Shown in pieces: positions 28,825 through 36,878 of a stretch of 64,000 bases of DNA. The position numbers were made by a program, and so were the translations under genes. Source of the stretch: Rhodospirillaceae bacterium (GTDB taxonomy: Bacteria; Pseudomonadota; Alphaproteobacteria; GCA-2731375); contig JABIWH010000012.1 of NCBI GenBank assembly GCA_018701215.1, positions 3,164 to 67,163 on the forward strand, given 5' to 3'. The notes under the pieces are model-generated. The model ran no database searches and had not been told where the DNA came from. It saw only the letters and a program-made list of their open reading frames with translations. Numbering within the stretch: position 1 is the stretch's first letter; each line of letters begins with the position of its first letter.

Positions 28825-29655
28825 TCAAGCGCCATCGGCGAAGCGGGCATCGCGCCAGGCGATGGCGGCGTTGACACCTTGCTCCTTGCGAATGCGGGCG
28901 AACTCTTGCTTTTCCCATGACGGCGTGGAGTTGATCTCCACATCGAGATCCAGGCCGCTCAACAGCGCCTGGCGCATACCCATGATTTCATAACTGCGGT
29001 TGATCGCCTGCTTGGAAAGCCGCACCGAGACCGAAGCCGAACGCGCAATCTTGATCGCCATGGCGCGGGCCTGCGCCTGCAAATCGTCTTCTGCCACCAA
29101 GCGGTTGACCAGCCCCATACGCAGGGCATCGGACGCAGATAGACGGTCCTCGCCGGTCAGCATCAGTTCCTTGGCCTGTTTCGGGCCGGTTATCCAGGGC
29201 AACAGCATGGCCACGGCGCCGGTGCCGAAGCGCACCTCCGGTTCACCAAATATCGCGCTTTCCGTGGCAATGGTAATGTCACAGGCCAACGAGGCCTCGA
29301 AGGCGCCGGCCAGGCAATAACCGTGTACGGCGGCAATGGTCGGCTTGGGACAGTCCCAGAACTTGATGATAAAATCGAATTGCAGCCCCATCTGGGCCCG
29401 CACCTTGTCGATGCTGTCCAGTTTCCGCTCGCCCGATGCCATCAGGTCAAAGCCGGCCGAAAACGTACGCCCCGCGCCACTGACAATGACCACGTGAACA
29501 TCATCATCCTGGGCGAAATCATCCATTGCGGCGATGCTGGCCTGCATCAACTCGTTGTTGAAAGCGTTCAGCTTGTTGGGACGGTTGAAGGTCAGGAAGC
29601 CAATGCCGTCTTCCCGCCGCGTTAAAATAAGATCCTGCTCGGACACAATCTTCAC
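28825..29655 (-). CDS. enoyl-CoA hydratase/isomerase family protein
   Basis: Crotonase fold motifs (VVIVSGAGRTFSAGFDL, AAVHGYCLAGAFE). Confidence 0.85.
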   Translation of the reverse strand: MKIVSEQDLILTRREDGIGFLTFNRPNKLNAFNNELMQASIAAMDDFAQDDDVHVVIVSGAGRTFSAGFDLMASGERKLDSIDKVRAQMGLQFDFIIKFWDCPKPTIAAVHGYCLAGAFEASLACDITIATESAIFGEPEVRFGTGAVAMLLPWITGPKQAKELMLTGEDRLSASDALRMGLVNRLVAEDDLQAQARAMAIKIARSASVSVRLSKQAINRSYEIMGMRQALLSGLDLDVEINSTPSWEKQEFARIRKEQGVNAAIAWRDARFADGA

Positions 29656-29676
29656 TCCTCAAGGGCCGATATTGTT

Positions 29677-30582
29677 TTAGGGGCCAATACTGTAACTCAG
29701 GCAATTCTCGATGCTGCCTGCCAGCTGCCGCAGCAATTGGCCATAAGCATCCGGGCCGGGCGGGATGGCGACGCCCACGGCATCCAGATTGGCGACACGG
29801 ACAGCCAATCCATCGGCCAGGGTGTCCACTAGTTTGGCCGGAAACCGCGCCTCGCGAAACAGGCAGCGTATCTTGCCTTTTGCAAGGCGCTTGCGAATGG
29901 CCGCGATGCGCCGGGCACCTGGTTTACGGTCCGGCGCGATGGCGATGGCCCCCTGGACATTGGTGCCGAAACGGGCTTCGAAATACTGATAGGCATCATG
30001 CAGCACCAGATAGGGCAAGGGCCGGACAGGTGCGAGAAGCCGGTGAATTTCCAACTCCAAGGCCCGCAGTTCGGCGATGATCCGATCGCCATTGCGGCGA
30101 TATTCCGCGCCATGACCGGGATCGAGATCACTCAGAGCGGCAACGGCGGCGCGCACCATTGCCTGAGCATTGCGCGGGTCGAGCCAAATGTGGGGATCAT
30201 GGCTTTGTTCCCCATGATCCTGGTGCCCGGACCAGATGCCGCCCTCGCGCGCCGGCAGCAAGCGCAGGCCCGGTGCATTCGACAAGGCGACGGTCTTGGC
30301 GCCGCCCGCCAGAGTGGCCAGGGGTTTTTGCAAATAGCCCTCCAAGGCCGGGCCGATCCAAAACACCACGCCGGCACCGGCCAGGGCGCGCGCCTCGGAC
30401 GGGCGCAGGGCGTGGCTATGGGGATCGGCGCCGCTGGACAGCAGCAAATGCGGTTCGCCAAGACCCGCCATCACGCCAGCGATAAGACTATGCGCCGGTT
30501 TCAGGGTAACCACGACCCTGGGCCCGCCCGCGACTGCGGGGGCGGTCACCAGCAGCAAAAATATCAGGAGCAAAATCCGCAT
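29677..30582 (-). CDS. metal ABC transporter substrate-binding protein (ZnuA/TroA-like)
   Basis: Signal peptide plus a His-rich loop (HQDHGEQSHDPHIWLDP) and the TroA-like fold. No permease or ATPase genes are adjacent. The start is trimmed to MRILLLIF.... Confidence 0.7.
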   Translation of the reverse strand: MRILLLIFLLLVTAPAVAGGPRVVVTLKPAHSLIAGVMAGLGEPHLLLSSGADPHSHALRPSEARALAGAGVVFWIGPALEGYLQKPLATLAGGAKTVALSNAPGLRLLPAREGGIWSGHQDHGEQSHDPHIWLDPRNAQAMVRAAVAALSDLDPGHGAEYRRNGDRIIAELRALELEIHRLLAPVRPLPYLVLHDAYQYFEARFGTNVQGAIAIAPDRKPGARRIAAIRKRLAKGKIRCLFREARFPAKLVDTLADGLAVRVANLDAVGVAIPPGPDAYGQLLRQLAGSIENCLSYSIGP

Positions 30583-30593
30583 ATCGACCAAGT

Positions 30594-31334
30594 CTAGTCC
30601 GGGACCAGGCGGTGGGGACGCAAAGCCTGATAGTACGGCTGCGCGGCGGCCAAGAGGTCTTGCAAATGCGCCGGAACCGGCCGGGTGGCTTCGCCTGGCG
30701 CCATGAAGCCGGTTGATTTTTCCACCGCGCCATACCAATGCGCCGCCCACAGCCCATCGCTGTCGCGCCGCCCCGCCGGCCAGGATAGCATGGCAGGATC
30801 AAAGGCAATGCCGGCACGCCGGCACAAGGCCCGCAACATAGCCTCGGGATTGGCCAGGACATCATCGGATTCCAACACCAGTGGAACCTCGCCGGTACGT
30901 TGATGGGCCCATTCAAACAGCCGTTGTTGCTGTGGCAGGCCCAGGTCTTCCAATGTTACCTCGGCCCGCTTTTCGATATACGAGGCCAGAACCCGCGCCG
31001 GATCGCGGATCAGAAATGCGTTCGTTAGGCCATCCAGCCAGTCCATGGCCATATGGGGCAACAGATGGTGGGTCATGTGTTTTTGGTAAAACACCGCCGC
31101 GCCATCGGGCACCGGCCCAATGGCTTTGTCGGCGACCTTTTGCCAATCGTTCTCGTAAGCCGCGATAATCTCCGCCGCCAGTGCGTGGTCCAGGCCCGTT
31201 GCCGCCAGGTAGTGGGCATAGAACGGCTCGTCCCAAACCACCGCATCGGCCCGGTTTTCAAAGGCCCGCATCATGGCGGTGGAAATATTGCGTGGGCCCG
31301 ACCACATGGCGATGCGCACCGCCCCTTGCGTCAT
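30594..31334 (-). CDS. sulfotransferase-family-like protein (putative)
   Basis: 246 aa. The N-terminal GPRNISTAMMRAF resembles the PAPS-binding region of the sulfotransferase family. Its ATG overlaps the TGA of the upstream gene (ATGA). Confidence 0.45.
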   Translation of the reverse strand: MTQGAVRIAMWSGPRNISTAMMRAFENRADAVVWDEPFYAHYLAATGLDHALAAEIIAAYENDWQKVADKAIGPVPDGAAVFYQKHMTHHLLPHMAMDWLDGLTNAFLIRDPARVLASYIEKRAEVTLEDLGLPQQQRLFEWAHQRTGEVPLVLESDDVLANPEAMLRALCRRAGIAFDPAMLSWPAGRRDSDGLWAAHWYGAVEKSTGFMAPGEATRPVPAHLQDLLAAAQPYYQALRPHRLVPD

Positions 31335-32233
31335 GCGCCCGCTTCCCTCTCGCACAGATCCCGGTACAGAGCCTGCAGCCGGGCCGTAACCGGGCCGGTA
31401 TCGCTACCGATCACCCGGCCGTCGATCTCGTGCACCGGGATCAGACCCGCAAAGGTACCGGTGACAAAGGCCTCGTCCGCGTTATAGACATCTTTCAGGC
31501 TGAAGTCCTTTTCCAGAGCGGGAATGGCATTGCCCCGCGCCAGCTGCAGAATATTGGCGCGGGTGATGCCGGCCAGGCAATAGCGCCCCGATGATGTCCA
31601 GACCTCGCCCTTGCGGACAATAAAAAAATGCGTCGAATTGCAGGTCGCGACAAAACCATGCGGATCCAGCATCAGGGCCTCGTCCGCGCCCATCTTGTCG
31701 GCCTGGATGCAGGCAGTGATGCAATTCAGTTTGCTGTGGGTGTTCAGGGCCGGGTCCTGTACGTCCGGGGCGCCCCGGCGCACGTGCACCGTGGCCAGCT
31801 TCAACCCAGGGCCTTCTACCGCCACCTTATATTCCGGGATAATTACCACGGTCGGCGGTGTGATGGTGACCTTTGGGTGCTGATAGGGTGTGGACTTGAT
31901 GCCGCGGGTCACCATCAGGCGGATATGGACATCCGTATCCATGGAATTGCCGGCCAGCACCTCGTCGATCCGGGTCACCATCTGCTCCGGGCTCAGGCCA
32001 ATATCCATATCGATGGCCTTGGCGCCCTCATACAGGCGTTCCATGTGGGCCTCGAGAAACAGCAGGCGGCCCTTGTGCAGGCGAATGCCTTCCCACACCC
32101 CATCGCCCAGCATAAAGCCGGAATCGAAGACCGAGACCTTGGCATCGTCACGGGAAAATAATTCCCCATTGATGGAAATCAGGATTGATGCATTGCGCTG
32201 ATCGTCCAGATAATCGTGGCTGCCGCCTGCCAT
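31331..32233 (-). CDS. class IV aminotransferase (branched-chain-amino-acid / D-amino-acid aminotransferase family)
   Basis: 300 aa with the fold-type IV PLP signature (FDSGFMLGDGVWEGIR...E.H..RL) and a C-terminal GTFAG region. Confidence 0.85.
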   Translation of the reverse strand: MAGGSHDYLDDQRNASILISINGELFSRDDAKVSVFDSGFMLGDGVWEGIRLHKGRLLFLEAHMERLYEGAKAIDMDIGLSPEQMVTRIDEVLAGNSMDTDVHIRLMVTRGIKSTPYQHPKVTITPPTVVIIPEYKVAVEGPGLKLATVHVRRGAPDVQDPALNTHSKLNCITACIQADKMGADEALMLDPHGFVATCNSTHFFIVRKGEVWTSSGRYCLAGITRANILQLARGNAIPALEKDFSLKDVYNADEAFVTGTFAGLIPVHEIDGRVIGSDTGPVTARLQALYRDLCEREAGA

Positions 32234-32241
32234 GTCTTAGC

Positions 32242-32871
32242 CTAGTCCGGCCGGGGTACGGCGAATATGCTGTCCGGCGTGATCGCCGCATAGTCCAGAT
32301 AGCCCAGACGGGCCAGGGGCTGAACCTTAGCGGAATCGATCTTGCCGTCGACAATCACATCATCATCGATATGAATACCCACGACCTGCCCGATCACCGT
32401 GGTATTGGGCACGCCGGTCCGGGTCTCAGGCAGATCGATGATATGCAGTACCTTGCATTCCAGGGCGATGGGTGAATTTGCCACCCGCGGCGGCTTGACC
32501 TGTTCACAAGGTGCGGCCTGCAACCCGGCTTCCGCCATTTCATCGTAACTGGCGGGTGCATGGATCGAGGTGGCGTTCATGGGCTCCAACAGCTCCATGG
32601 TCACCATGTTGAAGACGAACTCGCCGGTATCACGCACATTGGTCAGGGAATCTTTGGGCTCGGTGGTACCGGTCTTATAGCCGTTCGGACAATACATAAC
32701 GCAGGGCGGATCGCCGCACAGCGCATTGAAAAAGCTGTAGGGTGCGAGATTGATAACGCCATTCGTATCGACGGTGGAGATCCAGCCAATGGGCCGGGGT
32801 ACCACCAGGGCGTTATAGACCGTGTGCTTGAACGGGGGCGGCTTCATGCCGTCCTTGGGGTCGAAATACAT
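32242..32871 (-). CDS. flavin reductase family protein (FMN-binding split barrel)
   Basis: 209 aa with the NADH:FMN oxidoreductase-like pattern (PRPIGWISTVD..G.INLAPYSFFN). Confidence 0.75.
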   Translation of the reverse strand: MYFDPKDGMKPPPFKHTVYNALVVPRPIGWISTVDTNGVINLAPYSFFNALCGDPPCVMYCPNGYKTGTTEPKDSLTNVRDTGEFVFNMVTMELLEPMNATSIHAPASYDEMAEAGLQAAPCEQVKPPRVANSPIALECKVLHIIDLPETRTGVPNTTVIGQVVGIHIDDDVIVDGKIDSAKVQPLARLGYLDYAAITPDSIFAVPRPD

Positions 32872-32897
32872 ACTGCAAAGTTCCTCTGTTATTAGGT

Positions 32898-33812
32898 CTA
32901 AATCGGATCCCAGGCGTAATATTCACCGCTGCCTTCCAGGCCATACAGATCCTGGCGCAGGGCCGGCTCCAAAGTGGCGGCCAGATCCTCGGGCGTCCAG
33001 CCGTCGCCCTTGTGCAGGGTGCGGATGGGACGGGGCTGGCTCATCAGATAGATCTCGTTGCCGCGCACGCCGAAAATATTGCCCGTGACATCCTTGGCCG
33101 CCTCGCTGCACAGATATGTCGCCACCGGCGCGATATGCCCGGCCGAGGCGTTTTGGCGGAATTTGTCAAAGGCCTCGGCCATTTCGTCCGAGGTCACGGG
33201 AATAGCCTCGATCATACGGGTCCAGGCAAAGGGCGAGATACAGTTGGAGCGAACGTTGGCCCGCGCCCCTTCCATGGCAATCACCCGCGAGAGGCCCACG
33301 ATACCCATCTTGGCGGCGGCATAATTGGCCTGACCGGCATTGCCCACCAGACCGGAGGTCGAGGTGAAATGCACGAAAGCGCCTGATTTCTGGGGCCGAA
33401 AATGCTCCATGGCGGCGCGGGAGACGTTGTAGGTGCCGTTCAGATGCACATCGATGACGGCTTTCCATTCCTCATCGGTCATTTTGTGGAAATAGGCATC
33501 GCGCAGGATGCCCGCCACATTAACCACCGCGTCGATCTGGCCAAAACTGTCGATGGCTTCCTGTACCATCCGCGCCGCGTCCGCCGCTTCAGCCACCGAA
33601 CCTTGGTTCGCGACCGCCTCGCCGCCGGCTGCCTTGATCTCGGCCACCACTTCATCCGCCGGGGTTTGATCGGTTGCCTCGCCATGCAGGCCAGCCCCAA
33701 AATCATTGACCACTACCTTGGCGCCCGCCGCCGCCAGATCCATTGCCACGGCACGGCCAATGCCACGCCCCGAACCGGTTACCAGGGCTACCTTGCCATC
33801 CATCAGTCCCAT
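32898..33812 (-). CDS. SDR family oxidoreductase, MFE-2-type (3R-hydroxyacyl-CoA dehydrogenase-like)
   Basis: TGSGRGIGRA motif plus VVVNDFG, which is characteristic of the MFE-2 dehydrogenase domain. The start is set at MGLMDGKV..., which has a GGAGGA RBS. Confidence 0.8.
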   Translation of the reverse strand: MGLMDGKVALVTGSGRGIGRAVAMDLAAAGAKVVVNDFGAGLHGEATDQTPADEVVAEIKAAGGEAVANQGSVAEAADAARMVQEAIDSFGQIDAVVNVAGILRDAYFHKMTDEEWKAVIDVHLNGTYNVSRAAMEHFRPQKSGAFVHFTSTSGLVGNAGQANYAAAKMGIVGLSRVIAMEGARANVRSNCISPFAWTRMIEAIPVTSDEMAEAFDKFRQNASAGHIAPVATYLCSEAAKDVTGNIFGVRGNEIYLMSQPRPIRTLHKGDGWTPEDLAATLEPALRQDLYGLEGSGEYYAWDPI

Positions 33813-34128
33813 GTTGCGTCCTCCGCCTCGTTTTGAGTCAAATGTGATTTGTTGCGTTTCTGGACCTGACGCTAGCATTGTCGCGCCCGCCCTGCTATAG
33901 CAAGCCCATGACAAAGTGGATTTGGCGGACTATTTCCGTCGCCGCGCTGCAACAGCCGCGACGACGACGACGTTCCATCCGACGCCCTCAAGATAACCTG
34001 GGCGCCGGCGGGATCAGCCGCGCGTCGCTTCGGCTCAGCTAGAGCCTGGTGGCGGCGGTAATCCGGACCGGCGTCATTTGAAATACCAGGCGCCCCGCTA
34101 GGCGCCCGCCAATCCGGAAGCTCTTAAA

Positions 34129-34626
34129 ATGTTTCAAGTCAGCCTCGAAAAGCCCGCCGACGGTCCCGCGATTGAAAAACTGCTGGATCAATCATTCGGA
34201 TCCACCCGGCTTCAATTAACCGCCTATTGTCTGCGCAACGATACCTCGGCCCTGCCGGAATTGTGCTTCGTCATGCGCGGTGCCAGCTTTCTCTGCGCCT
34301 CGATCCGCTATTGGCCGGTATTGATCGAAGGCAAGCATAAATCCCTGCTGTTGGGTCCCCTTGCAGTAGGACAGGCATGGCGGGGCCAGGGCTTCGGCGG
34401 AATACTGCTCCGCCACAGCCTGGCGCGGGCCAAGGCCCTTGGCCATCAAGCGGTGCTGGTGATCGGCTCGCCGGAATATTACCAGCCGTTTGGCTTTTCA
34501 GCGGAGCTGACCCACGGTCTATCGCTGCCCAAAGCAGTGGACGATGGCCGTTTTCAAGCCTGTGAACTGGCCCCGGGTGCCCTGACCGGGGTTTCCGGCG
34601 CGGTCGCCTCGGCGCGAGACAGCTAG
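34129..34626 (+). CDS. GNAT family N-acetyltransferase
   Basis: Acetyl-CoA-binding motif [19 protein letters not shown] in a 165-aa protein. Confidence 0.8.
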   Translation: MFQVSLEKPADGPAIEKLLDQSFGSTRLQLTAYCLRNDTSALPELCFVMRGASFLCASIRYWPVLIEGKHKSLLLGPLAVGQAWRGQGFGGILLRHSLARAKALGHQAVLVIGSPEYYQPFGFSAELTHGLSLPKAVDDGRFQACELAPGALTGVSGAVASARDS

Positions 34627-35786
34627 ACGACCTTTCGGACTTCGGCCAGGAAATGATTCACGTCGTCACTCAAATTCGTCGATTGCTGGGATAGCGCGCC
34701 GGCGGCGTCCAGGATTTGTCCGGCGGCGCTGCCGGTTTCGCCGGCGCCTTCGGAGACTTTGTGAATATTTTCGGTCACCTCGCCGGTGCCGGCCGCCGCC
34801 TGATCAACGTTTCTGGCAATTTCCTGCGACGCCGTGCCTTGCTCGTCCACGGCGGCGGAAATGGTGCCGGCGACCTCGCTCATCTCGTCAATGGCCTCCG
34901 TGATACTCTGAATGGCGCGAACCGTATCGGAAGTCGCGGATTGTATACTTTCGATTTGGCCGCTGATTTCCTCGGTTGCCTTGGCCGTCTGGCTGGCCAG
35001 GTTCTTCACCTCGGATGCGACCACGGCAAAACCCTTGCCGGCCTCGCCGGCACGCGCTGCCTCGATCGTGGCGTTCAGGGCAAGTAGATTGGTTTGGCCC
35101 GCGATACCGGTAATCAGTTCGACCACGTCGCCAATTTTTTCCGAGGCTGAAGACAAGCCGTCAATTTGCGTCTGTGCATTCTTCGCTTCGATGACTGCAT
35201 TGCCGGCCATCTCGGAGGAGCGTGAGACCTGGCGGCTGATTTCACCAACCGAGGCGGTCAACTCTTCGGCCGCCGTGGCGACGGTCTGTACGTTGGTGGC
35301 AGCTTGTTCAGCCGCCGCCGCCACCGCCGTGGCCTGCTCGCTTGTTCGTTCGGCATTCGCATCCATGGACTTGGCCGATGCCTCGAGTTTCGTCGATGCG
35401 GATGCGACCTGATGGATGGAACCCTGCATGGCCTCGTCGAATTCGGTTATCACACCGGCAAAGGCTTTGGCCCGTTGTTCAATGGCCTCCGTTGCGGCAT
35501 TGATCGTCCGGCTGGCGGAGCCAAAGGCGCCGGGCATGCCCTTTTCCTGGATACGGCGGAAATATTTGTTGCCCGAGACATATTCCAAGGATGCCTCGGA
35601 TTCCCGAATATAGGCATCCGTCCGGTCAATCATCCGGTTGAGGGCAAGGAACACCTCCCTGAAGGCGGGGTGCTCGTCCAGCTCCGTAATACGGGCCTCG
35701 AAATCGCCTTCCGCCACGGCGTTGCAGACCACGAGGGCTTTCTTGATCGCGCCGGATTGAGTGCCGGTTATTCTATCTATGAACAT
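34623..35786 (-). CDS. methyl-accepting chemotaxis protein, soluble (no TM segments)
   Basis: The highly conserved MCP signalling domain is complete ([38 protein letters not shown]), and there is no hydrophobic segment. Confidence 0.85.
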   Translation of the reverse strand: MFIDRITGTQSGAIKKALVVCNAVAEGDFEARITELDEHPAFREVFLALNRMIDRTDAYIRESEASLEYVSGNKYFRRIQEKGMPGAFGSASRTINAATEAIEQRAKAFAGVITEFDEAMQGSIHQVASASTKLEASAKSMDANAERTSEQATAVAAAAEQAATNVQTVATAAEELTASVGEISRQVSRSSEMAGNAVIEAKNAQTQIDGLSSASEKIGDVVELITGIAGQTNLLALNATIEAARAGEAGKGFAVVASEVKNLASQTAKATEEISGQIESIQSATSDTVRAIQSITEAIDEMSEVAGTISAAVDEQGTASQEIARNVDQAAAGTGEVTENIHKVSEGAGETGSAAGQILDAAGALSQQSTNLSDDVNHFLAEVRKVV

Positions 35787-35855
35787 TTAGTGTCCTTCTC
35801 CAATTCGCGGGCCAACCATGTCGCCCGCCAAGGCTTGTCGCTCTGGGATTTTTGT

Positions 35856-36380
35856 CTAAAGGGTCGCGATGAACTGATCATAAGCGACACCCTGGTCGCT
35901 CAGCAGTGTGCTGACCATATCGAAAGATGCCAGCATGCCGTCCTTCGCGTTCGGGTGCTTCTGCTCTTCCGCAAGCAACGATTGGTAGAGGGGGATAATA
36001 TGCTTGGTCAGGATGTCCCGGTTGGGCACCCTGCGATTGGAGTGATAGCCAATGGTATTGCCACTGCTATCTTTGCTGGGCGTGACATGTGCCAGGACCC
36101 AGTAATAGTCGCCGCCGTTAGAGCGGTTTATGACATAGGCGAAAATCTCACTGCCGCCTTGGATAGTATCCCACAGCAACTTGAAGACCGAGCGCGGCAT
36201 ATCAGGATGCCGGATTATACTGTGAGGTTGCCCCAGGACTTCTTTTTCCGAATACCCGGCTAAACGCAAAAAGACATCATTGGCATAGGTGATGCGACCC
36301 TTGAGGTCGGTCTTACTGACGATCAGTTCGTGATCCTCGAAAAACCGCTCAGCCCCGGTGATGTGATTGTCCCTGTTCAT
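35856..36380 (-). CDS. PAS domain protein, Aer-like (FAD-binding PAS)
   Basis: ITYANDVFLRLAGYSEKEVLGQPHSIIRHPDMP matches the Aer/NifL-type PAS domain. The start is set at the ATG at 36380 (GGGGAA RBS) rather than the track's TTG. Confidence 0.8.
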   Translation of the reverse strand: MNRDNHITGAERFFEDHELIVSKTDLKGRITYANDVFLRLAGYSEKEVLGQPHSIIRHPDMPRSVFKLLWDTIQGGSEIFAYVINRSNGGDYYWVLAHVTPSKDSSGNTIGYHSNRRVPNRDILTKHIIPLYQSLLAEEQKHPNAKDGMLASFDMVSTLLSDQGVAYDQFIATL

Positions 36381-36464
36381 TAAGAAATTCCCCAAACTCA
36401 ACGGGCGCCGCGCGAGCGGATACAGTCCCCAGATGTGCCCCCATTGAGGTGAAATCTACCGTGA

Positions 36465-36770
36465 ATAGTTTGCGAATTTGTTAATTTGTGAAAAAATCAA
36501 CTCTGCCTTGAGTATATAATATCTGTATAGTAAAAAATTTGGAATAGTGTGAAAATATTATCCAGTAGATGTTACCGTACATATTATTAATATTCTTTTG
36601 CGCAGTAACTAGACAGTTTTTTAGTATATATATTTTTATTATTACTATATTTATTAGAATTATTTTATATATATTTCAAGTTTCTATCCATTTCGTTATA
36701 TTTCATATTCCAGTGTTACAATATGTAATAATTCTAAAGAAATGCCGAAAAACATGATCTTCCGATTATT
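36465..36770. other. anomalous ~300-bp AT-rich tract (~20% GC)
   Basis: Seen directly as runs of TATATA/TTTTATT in a ~65% GC genome. It lies upstream of the PAS gene and downstream of the regulator gene. Confidence 0.9.
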
Positions 36771-36878
36771 GAGACGCTGGCTGCACAGGTGCTCAGACTT
36801 CATGCCAAAGAGGCCTCCATCGTTAAATTGACGCGACGAGGCATATGCAACACGGCCTTTATCTATCGCTGAGGCCGC

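Noticed and set aside
28836-28867. Inverted repeat CGCCATCG...CGATGGCG just after the porin gene, initially considered a terminator
   Set aside because: It lies inside the 3' coding end of the convergent enoyl-CoA hydratase gene and has a 16-nt loop with no T-tract, so it is not a convincing intrinsic terminator.
36569-36757. 62-aa ORF inside the AT-rich tract (MLPYILLIFFCAVTRQFF...)
   Set aside because: Its composition is entirely Ile/Phe/Tyr/Leu, driven by the AT-rich DNA. There is no RBS, so it is most likely a compositional artefact. A tiny membrane peptide cannot be excluded.
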